Positions 37,030-46,718 of a stretch of DNA of 64,000 nucleotides are shown piece after piece. Position numbers and translations under genes: made by a program. A model generated the notes under the pieces. The model ran no database searches, was not told where the DNA came from, and worked only from the letters and a program-made list of their open reading frames with translations. Origin of the DNA: Candidatus Altimarinota bacterium (GTDB lineage Bacteria; Patescibacteriota; Gracilibacteria; CAIRYL01); NCBI GenBank assembly GCA_965250085.1, contig OZ252287.1, forward strand, positions 121,065 through 185,064, read 5' to 3'. The number at the start of each line of letters is the position of its first letter. The first letter of the stretch is position 1.

Positions 37030-39114
37030 ATGTTTGTTTTTCAAAACACATATCAAATGCCAGACCAAGTACCTGTCCAACCAATGCCTGAAAATATGCC
37101 GCAAAATCCTGCTTCTCAGGGTGCTACAGAGCCTGTAATAGCATCAGAGGTTCCTCCAGCCCAAGCACCCTCAAACCAAACTCCGACAGCAATACCTCAG
37201 GGAGAGCCACTGATTTTGGAAGAAATACCAGAAAAACGAGGATTTTTTGCACGACTTTTAGGAAAGAAGACTCGTGCAGAAAAAGTGGCACAACAAGAAG
37301 CCAAAACTATTGAATCTGCTGGAAAAAAGCACTCCAAAGGACTTACAAAAGAAGAAGAGCGTCGTATTAAAGAAGCAGAAAAAATGTATCGAGAAGGCAT
37401 GACGACGATCAAAGATCTCATTGCTCCAAGTGCAATGGAGGTAAATTTTGATCATGTCAAAATTGGAAATGTATATGCACGGAGTTTTTTTGTATATTCG
37501 TATCCACGATATATAGATGCGAACTGGCTTTCTCCCGTTATTAATTTGGACACAACACTTGATGTTTCTCTGTTTGTCTATCCAAGTAATTCGGCAGAAA
37601 TCATGAAAACGCTTCGGAATAAAGTGGCACAAATGCAGTCGACCATGCATTTGAATCAGGAAAGGGGCATGGTGCGTGATCCGGCACTTGAAGCTTCACT
37701 GCAGGATGCAGAAGAACTCCGTGACAAACTCCAGCGCGGTCAGGAAAAATTCTTTCACTTTGCGTTGTATTTTACGATCTATTCTTCTGATTTAGAAAAA
37801 CTCAAAAAAACACAAACACAGCTGGAATCCATTTTGGGAGGAAAACTTATTCTCACAAAAAGTGCAAACCTTCAGCAAGAACACGGATTCAACTCATGCC
37901 TTCCGACCTGTACTGATGAAGTGGAAGTGCTGCGTAATATGAATACCTCACCTCTTTCCACGAGTTTTCCATTTACCAGTTCAGAACTCACTTCGAACGA
38001 AGGGATTCTCTATGGACTCAATCGCCATAATGATTCTCTGGTTATTTTTGATCGTTTCTCACTCGAAAATGCCAACTCAGTTATTTTTGCCAAATCTGGT
38101 GCGGGTAAATCATATGCAGTAAAACTTGAAATCCTTCGTTCACTTATGATGGGAACAGACGTGATTGTAATTGATCCGGAAAATGAATATGAAACACTCT
38201 GTGAAACAGTGGGAGGAAAAATTCTTAAGGTATCGCTCAATTCTGAACGACGTATCAACCCATTTGATCTTCCTATTCCTATTGAAGACCACGTCACCAA
38301 GCCGGGTGATCTGCTCCGTGCCAATATCATTACTCTTCATGGGTTGTTTAATCTCATGCTCGGGAAGCTGACGCCGACAGAGGAGGGGATTATGGACAAA
38401 GCGATGATCGACACCTACGCTCTCAAGGGAATTACTCTGGAAACTGAAGATCCGGGAGATATGGAGCCGCCCACCATGCAGGATTTGGCAGAAGTACTCG
38501 GCACTATGAAGGGAGCAGAAAGCCTGAAAGAACGTCTCCAGAAATTTACCACAGGAACATTTTCGGGTATTTTTAATCAGTCCACTAACATTGATCTTTC
38601 CGGAGGACTTGTTGTCTTTCAAATTCGTGACTTAGAAGAAGCACTGAGACCTATTGCAACATACATTATTCTCAATTTTATTTGGAATAGAGTACGCTCA
38701 TCTCTCAAAAAGAGACTTTTGGTCGTAGATGAGGCATGGATCCTGATGCAATATGAAGATTCTGCGAGATTTCTCTACGGACTGGTGAAACGAGCACGAA
38801 AGTACTATCTCGGTGTTACGACCATCACGCAGGATGTGGAGGATTTCCTCAATAGTGATTTTGGGAAACCAATTATTACGAACTCCTCAATGCAACTCCT
38901 CCTTAAGCAGTCACCAACCGCTGCTGAAGCACTCACCAAGGTGTTTAACCTCACCGAAGGTGAAAAATATTTGCTCCTGAACTCTGGAATAGGACAGGGG
39001 ATTTTCTTTGCTGGACTCAAACATGTGGCTCTTCAGGTGATTGCGAGTTATACGGAGGATAAAATTATCACTACTGATCCGGAAGAACTGTTGAAGCAAA
39101 AAGAAGAAGCTTAA
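37030..39114 (+). CDS. VirB4/TrbE-like (AAA_10/DUF87) secretion or DNA-transfer ATPase
   Basis: 694-aa ORF. Pro/Gln-rich N-terminus. Walker A 'VIFAKSGAGKSYAVK', Walker B 'RLLVVDEAWILM', and 'YYLGVTTITQDVEDF'. Confidence 0.8.
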   Translation: MFVFQNTYQMPDQVPVQPMPENMPQNPASQGATEPVIASEVPPAQAPSNQTPTAIPQGEPLILEEIPEKRGFFARLLGKKTRAEKVAQQEAKTIESAGKKHSKGLTKEEERRIKEAEKMYREGMTTIKDLIAPSAMEVNFDHVKIGNVYARSFFVYSYPRYIDANWLSPVINLDTTLDVSLFVYPSNSAEIMKTLRNKVAQMQSTMHLNQERGMVRDPALEASLQDAEELRDKLQRGQEKFFHFALYFTIYSSDLEKLKKTQTQLESILGGKLILTKSANLQQEHGFNSCLPTCTDEVEVLRNMNTSPLSTSFPFTSSELTSNEGILYGLNRHNDSLVIFDRFSLENANSVIFAKSGAGKSYAVKLEILRSLMMGTDVIVIDPENEYETLCETVGGKILKVSLNSERRINPFDLPIPIEDHVTKPGDLLRANIITLHGLFNLMLGKLTPTEEGIMDKAMIDTYALKGITLETEDPGDMEPPTMQDLAEVLGTMKGAESLKERLQKFTTGTFSGIFNQSTNIDLSGGLVVFQIRDLEEALRPIATYIILNFIWNRVRSSLKKRLLVVDEAWILMQYEDSARFLYGLVKRARKYYLGVTTITQDVEDFLNSDFGKPIITNSSMQLLLKQSPTAAEALTKVFNLTEGEKYLLLNSGIGQGIFFAGLKHVALQVIASYTEDKIITTDPEELLKQKEEA

Positions 39115-39169
39115 GCCTTCATTTAGTGGAAAATGAGTCAAAAACTTTTTTATAATTTATAAGTCACAA

Positions 39170-39505
39170 GTGCCTAACACTATACGAGATCGCCTTCGGC
39201 ATCATTGGGGCAATGTGTATGTACCGATAAAGAACGCATTGGAACAAGAGAATTCTGATAAAGTTCAAACTCTTAAAAAAGAAGCGATTGAGCGCCTTAA
39301 AGGGGTTCTTAAAGAAACAGATCTTGAAGAAACTCAAGATGTTACCCGAGAAGGATTTCAAGAATTTCTAGAGTGTTTAAAGCAAACAGAGTTATCCGAT
39401 ATTGACGCTCTTGAAGTCGTACATGACTCATACAATAGTCTCGTTGGTGACTATGAAAAAAAACTTACTCTCTTGAGAGATCAAATATTTGACAGGAAGG
39501 ATTGA
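39170..39505 (+). CDS. hypothetical acidic protein
   Basis: 111-aa ORF with GTG start, followed by a clear terminator. No recognisable motif. Confidence 0.45.
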   Translation: MPNTIRDRLRHHWGNVYVPIKNALEQENSDKVQTLKKEAIERLKGVLKETDLEETQDVTREGFQEFLECLKQTELSDIDALEVVHDSYNSLVGDYEKKLTLLRDQIFDRKD

Positions 39506-39535
39506 AGTACTTTTTCTTGAATCTTTAAAGGACTT

Positions 39536-39562
39536 CTGCCACAATTTGGCAGATTTTTTTTT
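39536..39562 (+). terminator. Rho-independent terminator
   Basis: CTGCCA-CAATT-TGGCAG followed by A and T9 (39554-39562). Confidence 0.75.
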
Positions 39563-39575
39563 GTGTTCCCAGACT

Positions 39576-41750
39576 ATGAAGTTTTTTGATTACAGATCTC
39601 CGAAAGTGATTATTCTTTTCCTAGCAGTAGTCTTTATGGGGATTTTTATTATGCCCCAGAGTTGGAAACAGAATCTTCCATTTGAAGGGATGAGAGAAAA
39701 TCTTTTGGCCAAAAAAGTAAGTTTTGGACTGGACCTTGTGGGCGGACGACAAATTGATTATCAAGTGGATCTTTCAGAAGTAGAAAAGCGAAATGCAGAT
39801 GATGATCCAGAGAATGATCGTGATCCGGATAAAGTAGTGGAATCTATTGGACAAGTCCTCAGAGGGCGCATTGATCCTCAGGGAACCAGAGAGCTCAATA
39901 TCTATCCGGCAGAGTTTAATGAAGAAAAACATGTGATTGTAGAAATTACTGATGATTTGGACAACGAAGAGACACTCCGGAGATTGCAGCAAATCATTGA
40001 TTTAAAATTCAAGACACAAAATGCAGAAGTTTCTGAAGAAGAAGTAGCCGTACTCAAGGGTCAGGCAGAGGTGTTGCTTTCAGAGCTGAGTGTTGAAAAT
40101 TTTGAAGAAAAGGCCAATGAAGAGCAGAACGGGAATGATATTCGGTTTAATGAGGATCGGGAATTTTGGAGAGACAGCCTTGATGCAGCATTTGATGAAC
40201 CCATTGCCCGCGAGATATGGAATACAAAAGAAGGCACATTGATACCTCGCCTGATTGAAAGAACCAGTAATACCATTGCTCCTGGCGCTTCAGGACAATA
40301 TGAAATTGTGCAGGTGCAGGAGTTCGTTTTTGTAAAAGTGGGAATAAAAGAGCTCAAAGAACGAGAAAATACGGAACCCGGAGAAGAATTTAGCACGGTG
40401 CAATCAGATGTTTCTGAAAAAAATGAAGAGGCAGAAAAGCTTTTGGATATTCCCGAAGAGTTTCAAGACCTCCTGTTAGCGCTGGATGAAGGAGAGAGAT
40501 CTGAAGTACTGGAATCAGAGACGGAGTATGCATTTTTTGAAATTCTCCCAAAAGCAGAAGGAGAGGTCGCGACTTCTGTTTCTGGAGTGTACGTCGCCAA
40601 GGATACTCCAAATGCGAAAGAAGCAATCGATGCGGCGAGAGCTCGCCTTGAACCGGTTATCACCACGACTGAAGAGCAGAATATGAGTCTCTCAGAAATT
40701 GTGTATAGCATCGCTCCAGGAGGGTGGGCTGATACAGATTTGGGAGGAGCACAATTCAAAAGAGCACGAGTGAGCCAAGATCCTAATACAGGAGCACCAC
40801 TTGTAGAGATTCTTTTTAACAACGAAGGAGCAAAAATGTTTGAAGAACTCACGGAAGCAAGTATTGGGAAGCCGATTGCTATTTTTGTGGGAGGAGTTCT
40901 TGTTTCTGCGCCTACTGTACAACAAAAGATTAGTGGAGGGTCTGCAGTAATCACCTTGGGATCTCAAAACTATCAACAAGCTCAGGAACAGGCTGTTGTA
41001 TTGGCACGGGAGCTCAATGGAGGATCGACACCGGCACCATTTCAAGAAAAAGGACAATTTCGTATTGGAGCGGCTCTCGGGAAAGATTCACTCCAAAAAT
41101 CGCTTCTGGCAGGCTTGATGGGGCTTGGTATCCTTTCTCTCTGGATGATATTTTTTTATAGATTCCTGGGATTCATAGCAGTTTTGGCTCTTACATTTTA
41201 TGCTATTGCTATTGTATTCCTCTTACAAGCAGATCTTTCTTTTGGATTCGCCTCTCTTTTGGGAATACTGGTCTTTGCGATGAGCATGAAATCATTTTCT
41301 TCACTCGAAAGAAATGATCTTATTTCACTAATAATTGCTATGATTCTTGGCATGACTATTACGTTTGTGTCATTTAGCCCTATTGTACTTACTCTTGCAG
41401 GAGTCGCGGGAATAGTACTTTCTATTGGAATGGCAGTGGATGCCAATATTCTTATTTTCGAACGAGTGAAAGAAGAACTGCGAAAAGGAAAGAATTTTTC
41501 AGCGGCCTCTCAAACAGGATTTGAGCGTGCCTGGAGTTCCATTCGTGATTCAAATGTATCTTCTCTCATTACGTGTCTTATCCTCTGGATTTTTGGATCA
41601 GCAGTCATCAAAGGATTTGCCGTAGCACTTGCCATGGGAATCGTGATTTCTATGCTCACAGCTATTACAGTTACCAGAAGCCTTGTAGGAATCCTCGTAC
41701 GAGGGAAGGTAGAAGAAAAAAAGAAGATGCTGATATATGGAGTAGAATAA
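39576..41750 (+). CDS. secD: protein translocase subunit SecD (long periplasmic domain)
   Basis: Start moved to the ATG after the terminator ('MKFFDYRSPKVIILFLAVVFMGIFI'). 'GLDLVGGRQIDYQV', 'GGSTPAPFQEKGQFRIGAALGKDSLQKS' and 'GIVLSIGMAVDANILIFERVKEELRKGK'. Six TM helices in total, so this is SecD only and not a SecDF fusion. Confidence 0.9.
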   Translation: MKFFDYRSPKVIILFLAVVFMGIFIMPQSWKQNLPFEGMRENLLAKKVSFGLDLVGGRQIDYQVDLSEVEKRNADDDPENDRDPDKVVESIGQVLRGRIDPQGTRELNIYPAEFNEEKHVIVEITDDLDNEETLRRLQQIIDLKFKTQNAEVSEEEVAVLKGQAEVLLSELSVENFEEKANEEQNGNDIRFNEDREFWRDSLDAAFDEPIAREIWNTKEGTLIPRLIERTSNTIAPGASGQYEIVQVQEFVFVKVGIKELKERENTEPGEEFSTVQSDVSEKNEEAEKLLDIPEEFQDLLLALDEGERSEVLESETEYAFFEILPKAEGEVATSVSGVYVAKDTPNAKEAIDAARARLEPVITTTEEQNMSLSEIVYSIAPGGWADTDLGGAQFKRARVSQDPNTGAPLVEILFNNEGAKMFEELTEASIGKPIAIFVGGVLVSAPTVQQKISGGSAVITLGSQNYQQAQEQAVVLARELNGGSTPAPFQEKGQFRIGAALGKDSLQKSLLAGLMGLGILSLWMIFFYRFLGFIAVLALTFYAIAIVFLLQADLSFGFASLLGILVFAMSMKSFSSLERNDLISLIIAMILGMTITFVSFSPIVLTLAGVAGIVLSIGMAVDANILIFERVKEELRKGKNFSAASQTGFERAWSSIRDSNVSSLITCLILWIFGSAVIKGFAVALAMGIVISMLTAITVTRSLVGILVRGKVEEKKKMLIYGVE

Positions 41751-41756
41751 AAAAGT

Positions 41757-42158
41757 ATGAACCTTAGGGTATTTACTGACGGCGCTTCTCGAGGAAATCC
41801 TGGAGAAGCAGGTGCAGGGTTTCTCATTCAAGATGCTGATGGAGGAGATCTTTTCCATGGGAAAAAATATCTGGGCACCATGACCAACAATGTGTCCGAA
41901 TGGAATGCATTGCTCCTTGGTCTTCAAAAAGCGAAAGAATTTGAAGCAAAAAATGTAGACTGTTTTCTCGATTCAGAACTCGTGGTGAAACAAATGAAAG
42001 GGGAGTATAAAGTCAAAAATCAAGATCTGAGACCTCTTTATGAAAGAGCAAAGATTCTTGTTTTAGAATTCAAGCATGTTACGTTTACTCACATTCCCCG
42101 AGAACAGAACACAGTTGCCGATCGACTTTCGAATGAAGCGATTGATCAGAAGGCATGA
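41757..42158 (+). CDS. rnhA: ribonuclease HI
   Basis: 133-aa ORF. 'VFTDGASRGNPGEAGAGF', 'TNNVSEWNALLLGL', 'DSELVVKQMKGEYKVKN' and 'NTVADRLSNEA' supply the DEDD-type RNase H residues. Confidence 0.85.
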   Translation: MNLRVFTDGASRGNPGEAGAGFLIQDADGGDLFHGKKYLGTMTNNVSEWNALLLGLQKAKEFEAKNVDCFLDSELVVKQMKGEYKVKNQDLRPLYERAKILVLEFKHVTFTHIPREQNTVADRLSNEAIDQKA

Positions 42159-42216
42159 CAACATAAAGATCCTCTTTCACTAAGAGACAGGAAAAGAATG
42201 TGAATCTATTCTTGCT

Positions 42217-42534
42217 TCATAGATTCGCTTCAATTTTTTCCTTCAGTTTATCAGCACCCATGGCACCCACCATGTCTTCCACTACTTCGCCATTCTTAAA
42301 AATTTTCAACGCAGGAATGCTCATGATCTGGTATTTCTCTGCTGTTTGAGGATTTTCTTCTACGTCCAATTTTCCGATTTTCATCTTCCCTTCATATTCT
42401 TTTGCCAATTCTTCTACAATGGGACTCATCATTTGGCATGGTCCACACCACGTTGCCCAAAAATCCACCAATACGGGAATTTCAGACTCTAATACTTCGC
42501 TTTGAAAAGTGTCATCGGTAAATGCAGTTGCCAT
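42217..42534 (-). CDS. trxA: thioredoxin
   Basis: 105-aa ORF with 'VLVDFWATWCGPCQMMSP' (WCGPC). Confidence 0.95.
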   Translation of the reverse strand: MATAFTDDTFQSEVLESEIPVLVDFWATWCGPCQMMSPIVEELAKEYEGKMKIGKLDVEENPQTAEKYQIMSIPALKIFKNGEVVEDMVGAMGADKLKEKIEANL

Positions 42535-42685
42535 AAAAGAAATGAAAGAATTGAAAAGCCCCGAAGGGAATCACTTTGTGATGTACAAAGTTTTGAGAAT
42601 AAACTCGAAAAATATTGTAGAGATTTTTTATTTGAATACCAATTCAATTTTTTTTTGTTTTGAAACAAAGATTACAAATCAATGA

Positions 42686-45331
42686 TCATCGAGCCTGTCC
42701 CGCTTTTGCAAGATTCTTTTTTGACTTTGAAACAGGATGTGTGCGATCTCCTACGATTTCGAGTTTTTCGCTTTTTTTCCCTCTCACGATCTTAATCGTA
42801 TCACCTTCCGAAATATTTCCAGAAAGAAGGTTTTGAGTAATAAGATCTTCAATTTCCTCTCGAATGATTTTGTGCACTTTACGAGCACCACTTTTTTGGT
42901 CAAATGATTTTTTTGCGAGATAGTCGATAACTGAAGGAGAAATATTCAGCTTGAGCTCTCGTCCTTTTAACCTTTCTTCAAATTCTTCAATTTGAAGTTT
43001 CACAATACGTTTGATGTGCTTTTGAGAGAGAGGATTAAACACTAAAACTCTGTCCAATCTTCCCAAAAATTCAGGTCTAAAATGTTTTTTGACCTGATCC
43101 ATAACGATCTCACTTTTTTCAGCAAAATCATGTTCTGCTTTTTTGAGATCATCTCCATGAGTAGAAAATCCGATTTTAACGGCTTCATTGGTGAGCACAT
43201 CACCACCAATATTAGAAGTCATCACAAGTACTGTATTTCTGAAATCTACTTTTTTCCCTTTTCCATCAGTGAGACATCCTTCTTCCATAATTTGGAGAAG
43301 AATATTTTGAAACTCTGGATGAGCTTTTTCTATCTCATCAAAAAGGATTACGCTATATGGTTTTCTGCGAACCGACTCAGTAAGCTGCCCTCCTTCTTCA
43401 TATCCCACATATCCAGGAGCGGATCCTGTAAGACGAGAAACACTGTGTCGTTCCATAAACTCAGACATATCTATCTTGATCAGAGCATCTTTTTTGGCAA
43501 AGAATTCTTCGGCCAAAACTCGAACAAGCTCTGTCTTTCCAACTCCTGTGGGACCTAAGAAAAGAAATGATCCAATAGGGCGATTCACCTCTCCTATTCC
43601 AACGCGAGATCTGCGAATAGATTTACTGATTTCGTTAAGAGCTGACTTTTGACCAATTATTTTTTTACCAAGAAGTTTTTCGAGGTCTAGAAGTTTACGA
43701 GCTTCGTCCTTGAGGAGCTTGGCAGTAGGAACTCCAGTGATTTGAGAAATAATATCTGCAATATCGTTTTCTGTAATGACAATGCGAATCGCTTTATTTG
43801 CTTTTTGCAATGCGTCTTGTTTTTTCTTTTCAATATCACTTTCAAGCTTTTCTTGCTCGTGCTTGAGATCTAAAGCTTTTTCAAAATTTTGATTTTTTAC
43901 ATGTTCTTCCTTCTTTTTCATAATACGTTGGACTCGCTCCATGAGTTTTCCAATTTCTTTCGTTTTCTGCTGACTTTTTCCGCCTCTTTTTGCGGCGGCT
44001 TCATCCATGAGATCAATAGCTTTGTCTGGGAGAAAACGATCTGTCAAAAACCGTTTTGAAAGTTTGACAGATTCTTCAATCGCCTCATCAGAAATTTTGA
44101 GATGATGATATTTTTCAAAATAAGGACGGATACCCTTGAGAATTTGCACGGCTTCTTCTTCGGATGGTTCCTCTACGTACACAGGTTGAAATCGACGTTC
44201 AAGAGCTTTATCTTTCTCTATTTGTTTACGATATTCATCATAGGTAGTAGCGCCAATGAGTTGTATTTTCCCCCGGGCAAGAGCTGGTTTCAAAATATTT
44301 GCCGCATCCAAGGACCCTTCCGCACTACCGGCTCCGACGACTGTATGCAGTTCGTCTATAAACATAATGACTTGTCCCTCACTTCCAATAGCTTCATCTA
44401 CTACTTCTTTGATACGTTCCTCAAATTCACCCCTGTATTTGGTTCCCGCAATCAAGGCGCTCATATCTAAAATAAGAACTCGTTTTTGCAGGAGAGAGTC
44501 GGGAACATTCCCTTTGACAATTGCTTTTGCGAGTCCTTCTATAATGGCTGTCTTTCCGACACCCGGTTCTCCAATGAGAACGGGATTGTTCTTGGTTTTT
44601 CTGTTGAGAATATGTATGACACGCTCTATTTCCTGATTCCGTCCGATGATAGAATCTATTTTTCCGTTACGAGCTTCTTCGTTGAGATCGATAGAAAAAT
44701 AATCAAGAGCAGGTGTAGTACTTTCTTCTTCCTCTGATCCAGGCTGAGAAGAAGATATCCCTTTGGGCTTCTTATGTTTAAATGCATCTCGGAAGTCAGT
44801 GTTTTTTTGCAAATTGACAAGTGCTCCGGTCAATCCCTGAAGAAAGTCTTCCAAAGAATGAGCGGGCATTCTCCCTTTTGGAGAATGGGACATTTGTACA
44901 AACAAATCTCGAATTTGTTTCTGAATTTCAGAAAAAGAAACATTCATTTTTTTCAAAATTCTTGCGGCAGCATTTTTTTTGTGTTTGAGGAGGGCAAAAA
45001 GCAAATGCTCAGTTCCCACAAAGTTGTGTTTCTGAGAAAAGGCAATTTTAAAAGATTCTTCAATGACTTCTTTGAGAATATGAGAAAGCGCGTTTTTAAG
45101 ATTAGGGTCATGCGGTTCTGGAGGGCAGGAAGGGAGGATAATGCGAACATTTTCTTCGGTAATCCCCATATTTTGCAAGAGAGCACTTGCCAAGCTTTGA
45201 GGAGTGCTCAAAATCCCGAGGAGCAAGTGTTCTGTTCCAATATATGATGAGTTCATCTGCAGGGATTCCTGCTCTGCTTTTTCGAGTGCATTTTTTGCAT
45301 CTGGTGTCATTTTTTCAAAGGGACCTGGCAT
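42686..45331 (-). CDS. clpC: ClpC-type AAA+ chaperone/unfoldase
   Basis: 881-aa ORF. Two Clp_N repeats. Walker A 'GEPGVGKTAI' and 'GPTGVGKTEL'. Short middle domain with a UVR-like 'QNFEKALDLKHEQEKL'. ClpP-docking-type loop 'AVKIGFS'. Confidence 0.88.
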   Translation of the reverse strand: MPGPFEKMTPDAKNALEKAEQESLQMNSSYIGTEHLLLGILSTPQSLASALLQNMGITEENVRIILPSCPPEPHDPNLKNALSHILKEVIEESFKIAFSQKHNFVGTEHLLFALLKHKKNAAARILKKMNVSFSEIQKQIRDLFVQMSHSPKGRMPAHSLEDFLQGLTGALVNLQKNTDFRDAFKHKKPKGISSSQPGSEEEESTTPALDYFSIDLNEEARNGKIDSIIGRNQEIERVIHILNRKTKNNPVLIGEPGVGKTAIIEGLAKAIVKGNVPDSLLQKRVLILDMSALIAGTKYRGEFEERIKEVVDEAIGSEGQVIMFIDELHTVVGAGSAEGSLDAANILKPALARGKIQLIGATTYDEYRKQIEKDKALERRFQPVYVEEPSEEEAVQILKGIRPYFEKYHHLKISDEAIEESVKLSKRFLTDRFLPDKAIDLMDEAAAKRGGKSQQKTKEIGKLMERVQRIMKKKEEHVKNQNFEKALDLKHEQEKLESDIEKKKQDALQKANKAIRIVITENDIADIISQITGVPTAKLLKDEARKLLDLEKLLGKKIIGQKSALNEISKSIRRSRVGIGEVNRPIGSFLFLGPTGVGKTELVRVLAEEFFAKKDALIKIDMSEFMERHSVSRLTGSAPGYVGYEEGGQLTESVRRKPYSVILFDEIEKAHPEFQNILLQIMEEGCLTDGKGKKVDFRNTVLVMTSNIGGDVLTNEAVKIGFSTHGDDLKKAEHDFAEKSEIVMDQVKKHFRPEFLGRLDRVLVFNPLSQKHIKRIVKLQIEEFEERLKGRELKLNISPSVIDYLAKKSFDQKSGARKVHKIIREEIEDLITQNLLSGNISEGDTIKIVRGKKSEKLEIVGDRTHPVSKSKKNLAKAGQAR

Positions 45332-45495
45332 GAGAGAAGATTATAGATTATAAATTTCAAGATTGTATTATAATGAACAAAATGTTCTTTTTATTTTATC
45401 AGATTTTGGAAGCAAACAGAAGGAAGAAACTAGCTTGATACACATATCCTCTTGCACTTTTTTGTTTGTATTGAGGAATATAAATAAGGATTATA

Positions 45496-45522
45496 TTAGC
45501 ACTCATAATTGTAGAGTGCTAA
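45496..45522. promoter_or_regulatory. CIRCE operator (HrcA binding site), perfect consensus
   Basis: TTAGCACTC-ATAATTGTA-GAGTGCTAA, read directly. It lies 164 nt from the clpC start codon (minus strand) and 78 nt from the carA start codon. Confidence 0.9.
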
Positions 45523-45600
45523 TATATGCGAGTCAAGTATTATCGTTTTTTCAAAAATTTTTCTTGCTCATTATAGGATTCTTTCTCTACAATCTTCCCG

Positions 45601-46698
45601 ATGCAATCAAAACAGGAAGCTCGGCTCATTTTACAAGACGGAACTGAATTTCAGGGAGAAATGTTTGGAGCAAAGCGTTCTGCCGATGGAGAAGTGGTTT
45701 TTAGCACCGGAATGATGGGATATGAACAGTCGCTTACAGATCCCAGTTTTCGTGGTCAAATTTTGACCTTTACCTATCCGATGATTGGCAATTATGGAAT
45801 TCCAGATGAAAGAACCCAAGACAATCATGTTTCCCGAAACTTTGAAGGAGATGTTCATGTGAGAGGAGTTTTGGTCTCAGAAGATTCACTCAGCTTCTCA
45901 CATTGGAAAGGAAAAAAATCACTTTCCGACTGGCTGGAAGAAAAAGGGATCCCTGGCGTTTCTGGCATAGATACAAGAGCGCTCACTGAGCACCTGAGAG
46001 AAAAAGGATCTCAGCTGGGACAAATCATTCCTGCAGGAGAAAAGCGGAAGCCATTTGCTCATATTACCGATCCCAATACCCAGAACTTGGTGGCGGAGGT
46101 TAGTTGCTCGCAGAAGAAGATATACACACCAGAACGTTCAAAAGGAAAAACAGTAGTGGTCTATGATATGGGGATTAAAAACAACACCCTTCGATGTTTC
46201 CTGAGAAGGGGAGTGAGAGTGATACGCCTCCCATGGGACTATGATATCCAAAACCTCAAAGAATCATACGATGGTGTGTTTTATTCCAACGGACCCGGAG
46301 ATCCAGATGTAATCTCCAAAGTGAGCAATGCTAACATCCAGTATATTCTCGATCAGAAAATTCCATTTTTTGGAATCTGTTTTGGCAATCAACTCCTGGC
46401 ACATGCCATTGGAGCCAAAACTAAAAAAATGAAATATGGGCATCGAGGGGTCAACCAACCTTGCAGAGAAGTCAAAACTGGCAGATGTGTAGTCACGAGT
46501 CAAAACCATGGATATGTAGTAGACAGCAAGAATCTTCCAAAAGATTGGAAGGTTTCCTGGGAAAATCTGAATGATGGCACTTGCGAAGGCATCAAGCACA
46601 AATCACTTCCGGCATTCTCCGTGCAGTTTCACCCAGAAGCCTGTCCAGGCCCGGAAGATAGTGAATATTTGTTTGATGAGTTTGTAAAGATGCTCTAA
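45601..46698 (+). CDS. carA: carbamoyl-phosphate synthase small (glutaminase) subunit
   Basis: 365-aa ORF. 'ARLILQDGTEFQGEMFG', 'GICFGNQLL' (catalytic Cys), 'GHRGVNQP' and 'SVQFHPEA'. Confidence 0.9.
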   Translation: MQSKQEARLILQDGTEFQGEMFGAKRSADGEVVFSTGMMGYEQSLTDPSFRGQILTFTYPMIGNYGIPDERTQDNHVSRNFEGDVHVRGVLVSEDSLSFSHWKGKKSLSDWLEEKGIPGVSGIDTRALTEHLREKGSQLGQIIPAGEKRKPFAHITDPNTQNLVAEVSCSQKKIYTPERSKGKTVVVYDMGIKNNTLRCFLRRGVRVIRLPWDYDIQNLKESYDGVFYSNGPGDPDVISKVSNANIQYILDQKIPFFGICFGNQLLAHAIGAKTKKMKYGHRGVNQPCREVKTGRCVVTSQNHGYVVDSKNLPKDWKVSWENLNDGTCEGIKHKSLPAFSVQFHPEACPGPEDSEYLFDEFVKML

Positions 46699-46718
46699 TG
46701 GTTTAATTCTTTGTAAAG

